Shown: positions 62,711-64,000 of the stretch, piece after piece
Position numbering within the stretch: position 1 is the first letter of the stretch
Layout of the letters: every line of letters starts with the position of its first letter
Assembly: GCA_950097015.1 (NCBI GenBank)
Contig: CATNEN010000002.1
Location: forward strand, 7,192,001 to 7,256,000
Direction: 5' to 3'
DNA length: 64,000 nucleotides
Source of the DNA: Macrostomum hystrix
Lineage: Eukaryota > Animalia > Platyhelminthes
Translations under genes and position numbers: made by a program
Notes under the pieces: model-generated
Database searches by the model: none
The model's input: the letters and a program-made list of their open reading frames with translations, nothing else
Told to the model about the DNA's origin: nothing

Positions 62711-63138
62711 CTGGTGGTCCGATCCGAAGATCGTGGCTCTCCCGCTCTCCTATGCGTACAATTTCACAGTGCGAGAGGCTAAAGTCGCTAATAAGAAAAA
62801 GTTTTGATCCAAGGCAAGTTAGTTTATGTCTATGGGTGTACTAGAGTTAGATTTACGCCCATACTTAATTTGATGCGCATTAAAAAATCTTTAATTGCTT
62901 GCCACTCTTACTCACTTTTATCACTTTAAAGCTTCGATTCTGAGTTAAAATGGCAACCTTGCTTACTCTGCTGAGTCTGGGTTTCGTCTGTGCCCTTTTG
63001 GCCTGCATTACGAAACGTTGGAATGGCGGCGGACTGTTTGACTTGCAGGGTACGATATTGCTGAGTTGCTGCGATAACAAATCAACTTTTACACTCAGAA
63101 TATAGTAGCCCGTTAAACTTTTACGTTTCCCTTTGCAG

Positions 63139-63297
63139 AATACGGCTATTACGTATTTCGTGTCAGAGACATGACCCTCGTCGGCACCGTTGTTTTGGGG
63201 ATTGGCATGCTACTCGAGTTATTCGCGACTATGGTCAAGAAGCTCAAGACGAGCACTGCTCTCAACGTAGTGATCCTGATTTGCTGCATTATCAGCG
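63139..63297 (+). CDS. Internal exon of a host multi-pass membrane protein, probably claudin/PMP22 superfamily
   Basis: Acceptor TTTCCCTTTGCAG|, donor G|GTGAGT, 159 nt, phase 1-1, stop-free: YGYYVFRVRDMTLVGTVVLGIGMLLELFATMVKKLKTSTALNVVILICCIIS (two hydrophobic segments). Confidence 0.75.
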
Positions 63298-63387
63298 GTG
63301 AGTACAAATCCTTGTTCCGCTAAATTTGCCCCTGAGTTAAAGCCACAGCGTGAACCTTTCTCTCCCAGATTTTACAGCTCGCTCACA

Positions 63388-63795
63388 CTACCCCAACTCA
63401 ACAGCCCGCACCCACAACCCCAACTCTACGGCCCGCACCCACAACCCCAACTCTACGGCCCGCACCCACTACCCCAACTCTACAGCCCGCACCCACTACC
63501 CCAACTCTACGGCCCGCACCCACTACCCCAACTCTGTGGCCCGCACCCACAACCCCAACTCTACGGCCCGGACCCACTAACCCAACTCTACGGCCCGCAC
63601 CCACAACCCCAACTCTACAGCCCGCACCCACTACCCCAACTCTGTGGCCCGCACCCGCTACCCCAACTCTGTGGCCCGCACCCACTACCCCAACTCTGTG
63701 GCCCGCACCCACTACAACTATACCCCAACTCTACAGCCCGCACCTACCACCCCAATACTACCGCCCGCACCTACCACCCTAACTCTACAGCCCGC
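63388..63795. repeat. 27-bp C-rich intronic minisatellite (CCCCAACTCTACGGCCCGCACCCACTA)n
   Basis: Directly visible; lies within predicted intron 63298-63919. Confidence 0.93.
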
Positions 63796-63919
63796 ACCCA
63801 CCATCTAAATTCTAAGGCCAGTGCCGACGACCCCGAAGTCTATTTGAAAGTGCTCTTTTTATGTCAACAAGCCTCGAATTTTTTGTTTTAAGCGCTCTCC
63901 TTGTATGTGCACCCCGCAG

Positions 63920-64000
63920 TTCTAGAGCTGTCATCTGGCCTTTTCTTCTACCTCTGGAGGTACTCATATAGCGGCTACAGCCTCTGTCTGCTGACTGCCA
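63920..64000 (+). CDS. Next exon of the same membrane-protein gene (runs off the window)
   Basis: Acceptor CACCCCGCAG|, phase-compatible, gives ...IISVLELSSGLFFYLWRYSYSGYSLCLLTA. Confidence 0.65.

Noticed and set aside
63298-63891. 197-aa PQLYGPHPL-repeat ORF
   Set aside because: It starts at a GT splice donor and is produced by the 27-bp minisatellite inside a predicted intron

Overview
Eukaryotic, almost entirely repeat-derived DNA, probably from an invertebrate animal (spliceosomal introns, LINEs, a tRNA-derived SINE; species not determinable). There are no bacterial genes and no CRISPR array. Bases 1-46165 are one head-to-tail concatemer of non-autonomous Helitron-like modules, all on the minus strand (5' TC ... 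7-bp hairpin + CTAG 3'), mostly abutting with no host DNA between them. The modules are ~330-bp A units, two large B units (806-23304, 36081-42337) carrying 18-bp and 23-bp satellites, and a chimeric C unit (23305-34163) carrying ~10 kb of a second 23-bp satellite. B1 is interrupted by an apparently intact EnSpm/CACTA transposon (2786-14550; 15-bp TIRs, AT TSD) with a 666-aa transposase and a divergent four-exon DUF4806-like gene. That transposon contains a 5'-truncated LINE flanked by a 669-bp target duplication. The last 18 kb hold a P/THAP9-like transposase pseudogene, a second THAP remnant, a 28-bp satellite, a gag-only LTR-element remnant split by a MITE, an RNase H-bearing LOA/R1-like LINE interrupted by an unclassified insert that carries a SINE, two G-skewed minisatellites, and two exons of a probable claudin/PMP22-like host gene missed by the ORF track. 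Most short ORFs in the track are artefacts of repeats or antisense frames. All coordinates were counted by hand, and family names come from motif recognition, not database searches.
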